64,000 bases of DNA from assembly GCA_002104905.1 (NCBI GenBank), contig MCFE01000014.1:1-64000 (forward strand), given 5' to 3'. Below are positions 48,339 through 59,147 of this stretch, piece by piece; within the stretch, counting starts at the first letter, position 1, and each line of letters begins with the position of its first letter. A program made the position numbers and the translations under genes. The notes under the pieces are model-generated. The model ran no database searches. It saw only the letters and a list, made by a program, of their open reading frames with translations, and was not told the DNA's origin. The DNA is from Basidiobolus meristosporus CBS 931.73 (taxonomy: Eukaryota > Fungi > Basidiobolomycota).

Positions 48339-48630
48339 GCTGAATTACCGTGTTGATGTACACAAGGTCTAGTTTGTATATATGGTAACCGTCTGTGAAG
48401 CCGTTGCCCAAACTGGTCTTTTCTTTAAGCACTGTGTAGACGTAAAATTATTATGACGCAATCGACCTACGTACGTCGCTCGACCCTATTGATCACGTGA
48501 CGCTCTGGTCAGTTGGAGCTCATCTTTTTCAAGGAATACTGACTCGGGTTGATTCCGAAATCCCAGGCAAAGGTCAAAATGAGTAAACCAACGGCAAGTT
48601 CGTTCTTTTTCCAACACTTGCCATATCAAA

Positions 48631-49208
48631 ATGTCTAAGCGTGGTACGTATCATTTAGTTATATCCATAGTCATGTAGGGCCAGTTTGGCCGAGATGAAG
48701 CGGCTGCTGAGCATGTGGCTCTATGTTCACCCACGGATGGATGAATGGGCGGAAGCTGGTTGGATTCAAAGTACAGTCGCTGATGTTTTCCTTTAAGGAC
48801 GCGGAGGAGCCGCAGGTAACAAATTCCGTATGTCTCTCGGTCTTCCAGTTGGAGCCGTTATCAACTGCGCCGACAACTCTGGAGCCAAGAACCTTTACAT
48901 CATCGCCGTTACCGGTATCAAGGGTAGATTGAACAGACTCCCCGCTGCTGGTGTTGGAGACATGGTCATGGCCACCGTCAAGAAGGGTAAGCCTGATCTC
49001 CGTAAGAAGGTCATGCCTGCTGTCGTTATTCGTCAACGCAAGGCCTGGCGCAGACGTGACGGTGTCTTCCTCTACTTCGAAGACAACGCTGGCGTCATCG
49101 TTAACCCCTAAGGGTGAAATGAAGGGATCAGCCATTACTGGTCCTGTTGGTAAGGAGTGTGCCGATTTGTGGCCTAGAATTGCCTCCAGCTCTGGTACCG
49201 TTGTATAA
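48631..49208 (+). CDS. RPL23: 60S ribosomal protein L23 (uL14); one extra C at 49105-49108 breaks the frame
   Basis: Exon 1 48631-48643, 154-nt intron, exon 2 48798-49208; [37 protein letters not shown]...VIVNP then [26 protein letters not shown] in the +1 frame; spliced length 424 nt = 423+1. Confidence 0.95.
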
Positions 49209-49456
49209 CTTGTATACGTTTAACATCATAATAAACAATATACTCCGTCGATATTGTTTGACTCCCCAATAATCCAAAATAATCAGTTACATTCTGTTAA
49301 TGTTGCAATCCTTAATATCACCGGACAACGGTGCCGATGACCTCGAAGGGCTTTATTGCTCAAGTGGAAATTTCACCATAGATAATTTCAAATGCATTGG
49401 AAAATGAAGGAATATGAAGTGTTTTAGGCTATGTGAAAGAAGCGAGTTGGATGTTC

Positions 49457-49791
49457 TTAAACAGCGGTAGGCTCGGTGGCAACAGATTTCTACGGACAAG
49501 TCTTAGTATTTCATTTGTTTCAATGTTTATCGATGGGGGCGTAGCACACATACCAATTCTCCTTGCTTGCCGTTGGCCCACTTGGCGAATTTAAGTCCCT
49601 GTTCTTCACGCTTTTGGGCAACAATACGTTGTTCGGTCTTTAAAGCATTGCGGACTGCTTTAGCGCAGATTTGTGAGTATTGAAGGTAACTGCAAGGCAA
49701 GTAGTTGGTAAATAAGCAGGGTCGAAGAGGGATAGCGAACGAAGCAGTCGGCATCATACCTAAGGTTAGCAGCTCTCCAAGCAAAGGCCAT
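49457..49791 (-). CDS. ATP15: Mitochondrial F1 ATP synthase epsilon subunit, 3 exons
   Basis: MAFAWRAANLS|YLQYSQICAKAVRNALK...KFAKWANGKQGE. Confidence 0.9.
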
Positions 49792-50176
49792 TTTGACAGA
49801 ATTATTGGGTGTGGAAGGAAACAAAGAACCAACTAAGCGAGTCTTCTCAGTTGAAAACTGTTCGTATACCGAAATTCTTGCCAGAGAGTTGGGGCATATC
49901 TGGGGTAATTTCAGCTAAGCGCATGGGGTTTTTAATCAAGGGGATGTTGGTCTGGGTTGTCTAGTTTACGCACCATTTATGCACCATTTACCAACCTTGA
50001 TTAACCTCCATTCACCGCACCAAAAGAAAAAAAAGCCATCCCAACCTATCAGGGTAATCTGATTTCTGGTCCCATCGTCGCGAGAATTTATCGACGTAAC
50101 GATATTTTCTTGACCAGAAAATATATACCGTGTTCAAGCGTCTTTTTAGATCTAACTGTCGCGCATCAACTTCATC

Positions 50177-50698
50177 ATGAGGTATTTTTTTGTAATGTGC
50201 CGACGACACCCGCGGAGCCTAACGAACATCTGATTTTATAGTACCAAACCCAAATCTGAGATGACTGAGGAGGAGCTTCAAAAGCTCGAAGAGGAAGAAT
50301 TCAACAACGGTCCTCTATCTGTACTTCAGCAGGCAGTCAAAAACCACACCAAAATCCTAATCAACTGTCGTAACAACAGAAAGCTTTTGGCCCGTGTGAA
50401 GGCTTTCGATCGTCACTGCAACATGGTTTTGGAGAATGTTAAAGAAGTAAATACCAACCGCTGTTTCGTTTAAGGGGGGATCTTGCTAACTATTTTGTGC
50501 TCAGATGTGGACCGAGACCCCTAGAACCGGCAAGGGTAAGAAGAAGGCTAAGCCTGTTAATAAGGACAGATTCATCAGTAAGATGTTCCTTCGTGGTGAT
50601 TCAGTCATTCTTGGTAAGCATTGATTTTTTCTTGTTGTGTGTGAATCATTACTGATTTGGATCCTCTCTATTCTCCAGTTTTGAGAAGCACCTTGTAA
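50177..50698 (+). CDS. SMD2: Small nuclear ribonucleoprotein Sm D2, 4 exons
   Basis: [13 protein letters not shown]...GPLSVL...[30 protein letters not shown]|MWTE...[16 protein letters not shown]. Confidence 0.97.
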
Positions 50699-51356
50699 AA
50701 TAACCAACTATCCACATATTGTTAACTCTGAAATCCGTGGTCCGCTCTTTTCCGCGTATTATCGGCATCCGTTGCCAAGCTTTACTATCGAATTAGGGCC
50801 CTGGTGTTTCATCCAGAACCTGGAAGACGAGTAGATAAATAAAGTTCTCTAATAGATTATGAATCCACACCTTGCAAGCTTTCAGCCACAAAAGGGCATC
50901 AATACTGGGATGTATGAGATGAAAATTCGTTGGGGCTCCATGAATAATCAAGCACCGTGGTTATGAAACTTTTAATGTGTTGACAGACATAACAATACCA
51001 GTAGGGCCTTCAAATCCAGTGACCTTCATGTTATGTTCATCTCACTTGAGGTTTTAGTGATAGTAAATGTAGGCGGTGCACTAGTTACTACATTCTTGCT
51101 GGTCGACCTCGCTCTTACACTACTGTACATTTTGCTACACTACACTACAATCCATCCCTGAGATGCCACAATCTTTGAAAAGTGGTTTATATTCCGTATC
51201 AAACACAATATACAACAATTCCAAAAGTATCTAGATGAACGGGAATTCTTGATGTGAGTTTATCTGGGAATGTTTTCAATGGTTCATCAACCACGTACAA
51301 ATCTTGTTTGGGAAGAAAGTTAAATATGGGAATTCGCAGCATGCCTAGGAAATGGT

Positions 51357-51878
51357 TTAGTGGTGGTGAGGTTCCTGTTGATAGCGTAGGCCACCTGAAG
51401 TTGGGTGAATGGGTTAGCGAAGGCGGCGGTGTGTTTACTTCAAAGCAGCCACTTACAGTATTCACAGTACACAGGCTTGCCGGTATCATCAAGGTTGATG
51501 TAGACTTTGGGATGGCCCAAGGCCCCTCCGCCACCGTTACAGGCAACCTTGCGCTGCTGAACAAATTTAATGGGGACTTCGTGGATCAATTCAATGGCAG
51601 CCATTGGGTTAGGCTAGAGTTCGACATAAAAGTTAAAGAACTGAGTGTGGATGAAAAGGGTCTACAGCATCCTCAGGTACCTGGGTAGTAAGATCGGTCT
51701 GCTCAAAACGAGGGCCCTTGAAGGCATCCTTCTTTTCCTCTTGGCTGAGGCTCCATGTTCCCTGGCGGTTGGAGGCTTGTTGAAGAGCCTCGGGAGTAGC
51801 GTTCACAGCGACAGGCAATTTGGTGGAGTATGAGCGAATAGCAGGGAGACGTAAAAGGGCGGAACGAGCACGAAACAT
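51357..51878 (-). CDS. NDUFS6: Complex I 13-kDa zinc-finger subunit (NDUFS6/NUMM), 3 exons
   Basis: Mitochondrial presequence, GPRFEQTD, AAIELIHEVP, VACNGGGGALGHPKVYINLD...CEYCGLRY. Confidence 0.95.
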
Positions 51879-52195
51879 TTTAGGTATAGACTTCGGTAGT
51901 ACCCAAATACAACGTAGAGAGTGAAAAGGCTATTGACAAACCAGCACAATCACACAGTCGCTGGAAATTGCTATTCTCTCTTTCCCCACTGATTTACTCA
52001 TATTGATGGGGCCAATTCACATACAAACCTGGGGAAATATCGAGATTTCCTCGTTCCACTTCATCTGGATTTTCGCATAGATTGTTTTTTGGGGGGAGAG
52101 GAACTAGGTCACTGAAATCGTCAACAAAAAAAATCCTGTTTAACTTAACATCCCGTTTATATTCACACTATTGGGCAAGCCATCTTCCGTCAACC

Positions 52196-52888
52196 ATGAC
52201 TACCGAATACTACGATGACATATACTTCTCGGATTCCGAAGGTTGGGAAACGGAGAGTGAGATGGATACGGAGGACAAGGAGATAAGGAAAAGAGGTAGA
52301 TCCTCCCATTGTAGGATACGTTTCCCACAAATATTAATCTTACGCAGAGATCAAGAAAAAACAAACCGATGAGGAATTGCTCTACGATCCCTCTATAGAC
52401 GAGAAGAACGAGATATGGGTGACAAGTAGAAATGTAGGTATGTATGGATGCTTTCTCTGTATCAAATGTATGAGTGAGCTCACTTCCACTTAACTCAGCC
52501 AACGCACCACGAGACGAAATGGGTCAAAAATCCAAGGTCAGACCAACTGATGCTGTGTTAACATGTCCTCTGTGCTGGACGCCACTATGTTACGATTGTC
52601 AAAAGTAAGTGCTTTGCTTTCGCTCCACCTGGGATCCAAGTATAACTCTCTCTCTATCCTAGACACGACAAGTTTCTCAACCAGTACCGGGCCATGTTTG
52701 TGGAAAACTGTAAAATCATCTCAGGTGAGGTGCTGAAGTTTGCTCCACAAGGGAAGAAAGCCAAGCGCACAAACCCTGGCGGCGGAGAGGATGTTTTCCA
52801 TCCAGTTGAATGTAATGAATGTGGTACTCGAGTTGCGGTGATCGACTCTGAAGAGATCTACCATTTCTTCAACGTGATCCCATCCTAG
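52196..52888 (+). CDS. EAPP: E2F-associated phosphoprotein (EAPP) family protein, multi-exon
   Basis: YFSDSE, ELLYDP.ID, TDAVLTCPLCWTPLCYDCQ, QYRAMFVENC, FHPVECNECGTRVAV.DSEEIYHFFNV. Confidence 0.88.
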
Positions 52889-53113
52889 TCAGAATGTTCT
52901 TTGTATGATATTTAAACGTAGAAATTGTAATAATCGAGTTTGGTTCATGTATTTAAGCAACATACCACATGTTGATTTGGTTTACTGATAGTAATGATAT
53001 GTAATATAAGCCAGAATATATCCAACCATTTTATCTGGATCACTTTTCTTTTATTTGAGGTGATTATAGTGGCAATACAATACTGGCTGTGGTTTGTTTG
53101 TTTCCAGTAGAAC

Positions 53114-54927
53114 ATGAGCATATACTCTAAAGACACTATAAAAGTATTCCCTACCACGAATTTTTCTACTACGTGAGCCTTGACTTACCCGTTTTATTAG
53201 CAAGTTGCCGAGTCGGTGGGTATCAGTAATCTCAAGGATGATGTCGCGTCAGCATTGTGCCAAGACGTAGAATATCGTTTGCACGAAATCATTCAAGTAT
53301 TCTCAACGTAGTAGATTATCGTCAAAGATCCTTCCAACTCACTCTATATATAGGAGGGGATCAGATTTATGCGCCACTCAAAGAGAGAGAAATTGATGGT
53401 CGAGGATATCAACAATGCACTACGTGTTCGCAACGTCGAGGTATCTATCGCGGGTTTATTCGGTTGCGTTAAATGCGCTTCTAACCTTCAAGCAAAGCCT
53501 TTATATGGATTCAACTCGGCTTCTGGAGATTTCAAGTTCAAGACTACCAACGTCAATAACCATGATATATTTTATTTGGACGATGAGGAGCTTGATTTCG
53601 ACACCATTTTAAATGCACCACTCCCAAAAATCGCCCCTGACGTTACATATACTGGTAAAGGGTTGTTGTTACTGCTGAGTACATTTCCACAATACTTAAC
53701 AACTTTACTTTCAGCTCACTGGCTGGCAATCGAAGGCGTTCAACCGGCAATCTCTAGGAATCCAGCGCCTGGAGGTACGTTTTCCAAACTTCTCTTTGCC
53801 CCCCCCCGAATGCTGAACATATTAATCCTATGGTTTACTAGAGTCTAAGACCGACATCTTGGAGAAAAAAATTAAACCCGAGGTCACTCCTAAGGCTAAC
53901 AACAATGAGCCTGAGGTTAAACCTCTGGTGAAGCACGTTCTTTCCAAAGAGCTTCAGCTGTACTTCGAGCGCATCACCAATGCAATCTTCAGTGACGACG
54001 ATACATTGCGAGCAACGGGATTAAGTAGCCTGAGTACAGATCCAGGGCTACACCAGTTGTTACCATATTTCGTGCAATTCATCTCGGAGAAGGTGAGGAA
54101 TCGAGGTTGTTTCTAGGCATCATCTACCATTCTTAACCATCGTACGCGTAGGTCACTCAAAGTATGAAGAAATTAACCCCATTGGAGTCATCTCTGGCAA
54201 TGATCAAATCAATACTAGACAACCCAAATCTGTTTGTCGAACCATATGTAAGTATCTAGGCTTTCCGCAACTCTGAGATTGTTTCTAACCATGGTCGCAT
54301 GATCTAGCTACACCAAATCATGCCTCCACTGCTTTCTTGCCTGGTGGGCAAGAGGCTAGGTGAAAATCCTCAAGTTGATCACTGGTCGGTCCGCAAGCTT
54401 GCCGCCAAAATCGTAGGAACCATTTGCAGCAAATACGGTCAAAACTATCACACTCTGCAGCCAAGAGTTACCAAGACTCTTTTGAGAGCATTTTTGGACC
54501 CCACCAAGCCATTGACCACCCATTACGGCGCAATCATAGGACTATCGTCGTTAGGAAACGAGATCATCAAGATTCTTTTGGTCCCCAACCTAAAACCGTA
54601 CAGCACCATCCTGGGCCAGCAACTCGAATCTACCAATGCCACTAAAAAGGAGGAAGCCGGAAGGTGTTACGATGCCTTGATGGTGTGTATTACGGCCCAA
54701 TCGGCAATATTTCCTCAGATGAAACTAAGTGTATATTCTGTGTTTAGGATGCGGTGAAATCCCTCAAAAACCTCCCTGATCTGGAGCTTTTGAGCAACCC
54801 CGAACTCAAGTCGCTTGATCAAGAAGAGCTCGAGAAGCGTCTGGAGGAAAGGGTCGGTGGACTATTCAACAAGTCCATTGCTGAAGAAGCCTCCGTAGCT
54901 AGATACATCTTAGATATGAGCATCTGA
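53114..54927 (+). CDS. TAF6: TFIID/SAGA subunit Taf6, multi-exon
   Basis: Histone fold VAESVGI...DVEYRLHEIIQ...FMRHSKR..L..EDINNAL, HWLAIEGVQP, KHVLSKELQLYF, DPGLHQLLPYF, YHTLQPRVTKTL, THYGAI.GL. Confidence 0.96.
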
Positions 54928-55521
54928 TTGATCAACAAGTGACTAGAGCAAAATAATGTATGTAGTATGTTCAAAGGCCCAAGGCAAACACCAAGATCTG
55001 GGCCGGCTTCTGTCTCGAGGGGGGTGCTGCTAGGCTAAGAATGCCCCCCTCGTTCAGCTAAAGACAATGTGAAAGTAAGATTAAAGGTGGCAACTCATTG
55101 CTTATTGATTCGATGATATTAAGCGAGCCTTTCCGAAAGCGGGGGAACTGGTTCGCTTGGATGTTGGGATCCAGTTTAATTCAATTGAACGTACAAAATC
55201 CGACGATAGAAGGGATGCATTGTTGCTCAGAAAACGCCGGTTCGTGGTGAATGTACATATAGGATCGGCTGAACCAGTGTGCGTTCGCGAAATTTGTTTT
55301 TATGGTGTACATGATAAAAGAATACGTCGATACTGGTAAAGAAAGGGTGGGATAAGATTTTCTCCGAGGGACACCCAGTGCTTAACTTGGGCCCACAGGA
55401 AAATGTTACATGCAAGTAATGTGGCCACGGAAACACGGATGACTGCTGCTGGATGAAGCTTATTGATGGGAGGGTTCATTGTTGCCATGTGGTGGTATTG
55501 TTTCAGCCCCGGATTGCCCCG

Positions 55522-57486
55522 CTAATGATTGTAGGTCAGAGACTGAGTTTTGTCGAAGCTATAGGGTGCAGGTTGGTGAGAAGGCTAGAGTGGGCAGTAA
55601 GTGAAATGAACAGCATATACCAGAACAGATAGTTGGTTATATGACGAGGATGTAGGTAGCTCTACTCCTCGACGCGATATAATTTCGACCGAAAAGTCGG
55701 GCCAACCCCAGCTACTTCCCAAGCCTCCACTGTTGAATCGGAAGAGCGATGCCCTATATCACGAGAAACGCGTTTTAGCCACTGTGCTCCAAAATGGGAG
55801 AATCAAGATATACTGACTCATGGGTTTCGGGAGTGTTTGGTGATGTTGGTGGTGTATGGGTCGTCTGTGGAGTGTCCTCATTTTTCTTGTCATTTCCTGC
55901 AAGCAGTGTACGACGACAGGTGGGGCAAGATCCATCCTGCTCCAACCAGGATCGAAGACACAAACTGATCAAGATGTTTCAGTACCATTTCAACAATTTC
56001 CTAGCTAGACTACACTCACCTGTGAAATAAATGACCACAGGGCAACTTTTTGGCAGAATCCATAGGCTCTCTACATATAGCGCAATCATCATTAAACTCC
56101 TTCAGCTCCTCCTTGGTGGCAGAAGTGTATCTATGAAAAGCAACATCAATTAGCTCTCAAAAGCTTGAGGTGTATGGCGTGTGTGCCCACCTTCGTTTGA
56201 GACTATTCATAGCCTGTCGATATGATCGATAGCCAGCTATTTTTTTACGAAGGTTGCTGAATACGCTGCGAATATTCAAGAACAAAACGGCATCGATCAA
56301 AGTAAAAGAGATGCCATGTAATGCCTAGGGGTATCATGGGCGTTAGGTGGATGAGGTAGGGCTGAGTTCAGCAAACATTACCATAATATGTAAATAGTGA
56401 CATAAAGTAGCAGCGAGGATCAGCGTATCAGTCACGAATTCTGTATAATACAGCCATATGCTTCTGGATTCGAAGTCCTCCTCGCTAGAAATCTCTCTCA
56501 ATTGGATGACATATTTGAAGAGTGTCTGAACTGTGTCTAAACATAGGGTAAAGCACTAGGTTCGGAGTCAGTAAATAGGTCTTGCTCATATTAACCGTTG
56601 GCGCACTCAATTACCTCGAACGTAAGAAGAAACACCATGGAGCGGAATACCAAGGTGCAGACAAAAATAAGCGCTACATCCAGGACTAGAATGGTCACCA
56701 GTAGTGTTAGAATCTTGATATGCTCTCCCATGGTAGATTCGGATGAAGCCGCCAACTAATAAATGGAAATGGGGGTAAATACATATTAAGGCTGTTACGG
56801 AGAGGTGCTCTCACTTACGTGCTCAAACCGATCACGACATAGCATGCTGAATATCCGAAGAAAGCCTAAAACAGTAAACCAAGCGGTCCAAATAAAGAGC
56901 TCCTCCCACTTCGGTTCTAGGATAGCACCCACAAAGACCACTTTAAACAATAAGAAGTTCAATAATCTGTCGTACATATGCTACATTTCCTCAATTGGTA
57001 AGTACGAACTCGGGCCTAGAGAGCGGAGCAGAGACGCTCATACCTGGCATTCGATCACTCTCAAATTTCCAAAGAAAAAACGAGTGATGACCTTTCCCAA
57101 CAAAATGAGAAGGCAGTAGATCATGTTGACAAAAATCTATATACAGGAATCAGGAAAGTTGTTGAACAGTCGCCGACCAGTTTGTATGTTGAAAAAATAC
57201 CAAAGTACACAGTCGCTCATATTTTAGAAAGTGCAGTAGCTGCTGTGTGGATGAATCGGGGGATATTTGAGCCACAAAGAACTTCGGAGAAGAGAGCTCT
57301 GTGTGTGAGGATTTCGCGTAGGTGTTGTAATCGCCTAATTTGCCAGAATGTTCAGCAACAGATGGTCAATTGAGCCAGCTCCGCGTCAAAAAATAAAGAG
57401 TTACCAATTTGATGATATGTGTAGGCAAGGGCAACTACAGTCGACGAAAGCGATAAAGTAAAGTAGGTTTTCAGGTCAACTGTCAT
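55522..57486 (-). CDS. HRD1/gp78(AMFR)-family membrane RING-H2 E3 ubiquitin ligase, multi-exon; ends inferred
   Basis: FFFGNLRVIE, YDRLLNFLLFKVVFVGAI, WTAWFTVLGFLRIFSMLCRDRFE, CAICREPM...KKLPCGHLFH..CLRSWLEQDGSCPTCR, then LFRFNSGGLGSSWGWPDFSVEI resembling the gp78 post-RING motif. Confidence 0.85.
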
Positions 57487-58102
57487 GAGTGTTGACTATA
57501 CGCCAAAGGGATCCAGAAAGAAGATGGAGATTCGAGCTCTTTGCAGAATATTTAGTGCAGTTGAAATATACACATACAACGTGAGTAAGGCTCGCTGTAG
57601 TCACTTAATGCGAAAGAAATATAATATAAAGATAAAAAATACGAGAATTGAAACAACGGTTCGATCTCCCAGGAAACTACTCAATAAAATGATACAACAG
57701 AAAGGGTTTAAGGGTAGAATTAAGAATAGAACAAATAACAGATATGTATATCCCAATTAGGACAGTGCTTCTTCTGGAGTACACAGAGTTATCTGATTTG
57801 GGTCTATGTGCGGGTGTGCGGTTGCGGTTGATGGGCCGATGGGTGGGACATGCATTTGGCCATAAGCTCCTTCATATGGAATGAATATGTGGATGAAGGG
57901 TTTGACCCCGCTAGCTGCGCCACATCTTTCTCTGTATGCTATCACGTGTTGTTCTATTCAACGGGTGAATGGAATATTGTTCAACCTGGCCCGAATGATC
58001 TCATTTGCAAGCAACTGGGATTTTATTTGCTTTCGCGAAGGTTTTGCAATGAAGATTGTGCAGGGTGAATATTTGGCATTCTTGGACGAATTAACACTTA
58101 TA

Positions 58103-58861
58103 TCAAAGCAAACTTGTAGACTCATTTGCCGTTCTGAATTGATTTAATATAAACTGTTATATGAGCCACTAAGATTGTCGACCAATAATTACTAACTGTT
58201 CCGCATTCAATATTTCCTTCTTCAGTCTATCGATTGCTTTTTCACAAGCTTGTATCTCTTGAAGCAAGAGATCAGTTTCGCTTGTGTTCAAGAGGTCTTC
58301 TAATGGTTGCGAACCCGCCTTATGCTCTTCTTTACTAGAAATGAGAATTATGGGTAAAAATATTGGCTAGTATAAGTACCTTTTGATAAAAACATCGCCT
58401 CTGAAAATCGCTCGATGCATTGAGCTGGAGCCTCGCGAACTACAAGTGGCCAGTTTTAGTGGGGAATTTTGGACTCCTGAGCTTTAAAATGCTCCTACGC
58501 TTCTTAAGGGACATGTAGAGGCCTTGTATTGAGCTACTATCGAGATCTCGAAATCTTGCAATAATCTTATCAATGTTTTGCTGATGTAGTTTGAGTAAGG
58601 CGGTACTTTCGTTATTTAAAATCTCTCTAACAAATGCTCAAGTTCAATAAGGGGAGGTTACATTTTCTAGTATGTTGTACCTAAGCGAGTTAAGCTCTGC
58701 TTTCGAGGCATTTTTTTGATACTCAAGTTGAGCACCAAGTGCAACTATCGAGTCAAAGTTATCTATATCCCTGTGCACTCACTACCTATCAGTTACTTCC
58801 TATAGATTCGAAGAAGTTGCACATACTTGCCAAGCTCTTGATTACTCTCTTTCGCAGACAT
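58103..58861 (-). CDS. Hypothetical multi-exon coiled-coil protein
   Basis: Open segments flanked by GT/AG (IDNFDSIVALGAQLEYQKN; EILNNESTALLKLHQQNIDKIIARF; LLLQEIQACEKAIDRLKKEILNAE); one internal junction not resolved; no family recognised. Confidence 0.5.
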
Positions 58862-59147
58862 AGTTAATTCAGGTAAAATGAATAATTGTACAGCAGTGTT
58901 TAGCTAAATAGTTGAGTCAAGAGATTATTACCAAGCTTTTCTATCCGTGATTACTATTAGTGGACTTAAGATTTGTCGTGGATTGAAATGCATCTGTTGT
59001 GAGTAATGCAAGTATCGAAAATTAGGGATTCTACATAAGATTCAATTCTCATTCATAATAACAATCAATATATTTGAATAATATCAAGGTGGTTAGTGAC
59101 AAGTATCATAAGTTAGAGTCGTTGCTTTCAACCTCACGTTAAAAGAT

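Noticed and set aside
54925-55066. Selenocysteine readthrough or SECIS after the TAF6 TGA
   Set aside because: TGA is at the normal C-terminus, another stop follows within a few codons and the hairpin lacks the AUGA/GA quartet and apical AA
57757-58147. Short ORFs at 57757-57945, 57850-58068 and 57881-58147
   Set aside because: No motifs or splice support; likely 3' UTR or intergenic sequence of the neighbouring hypothetical gene
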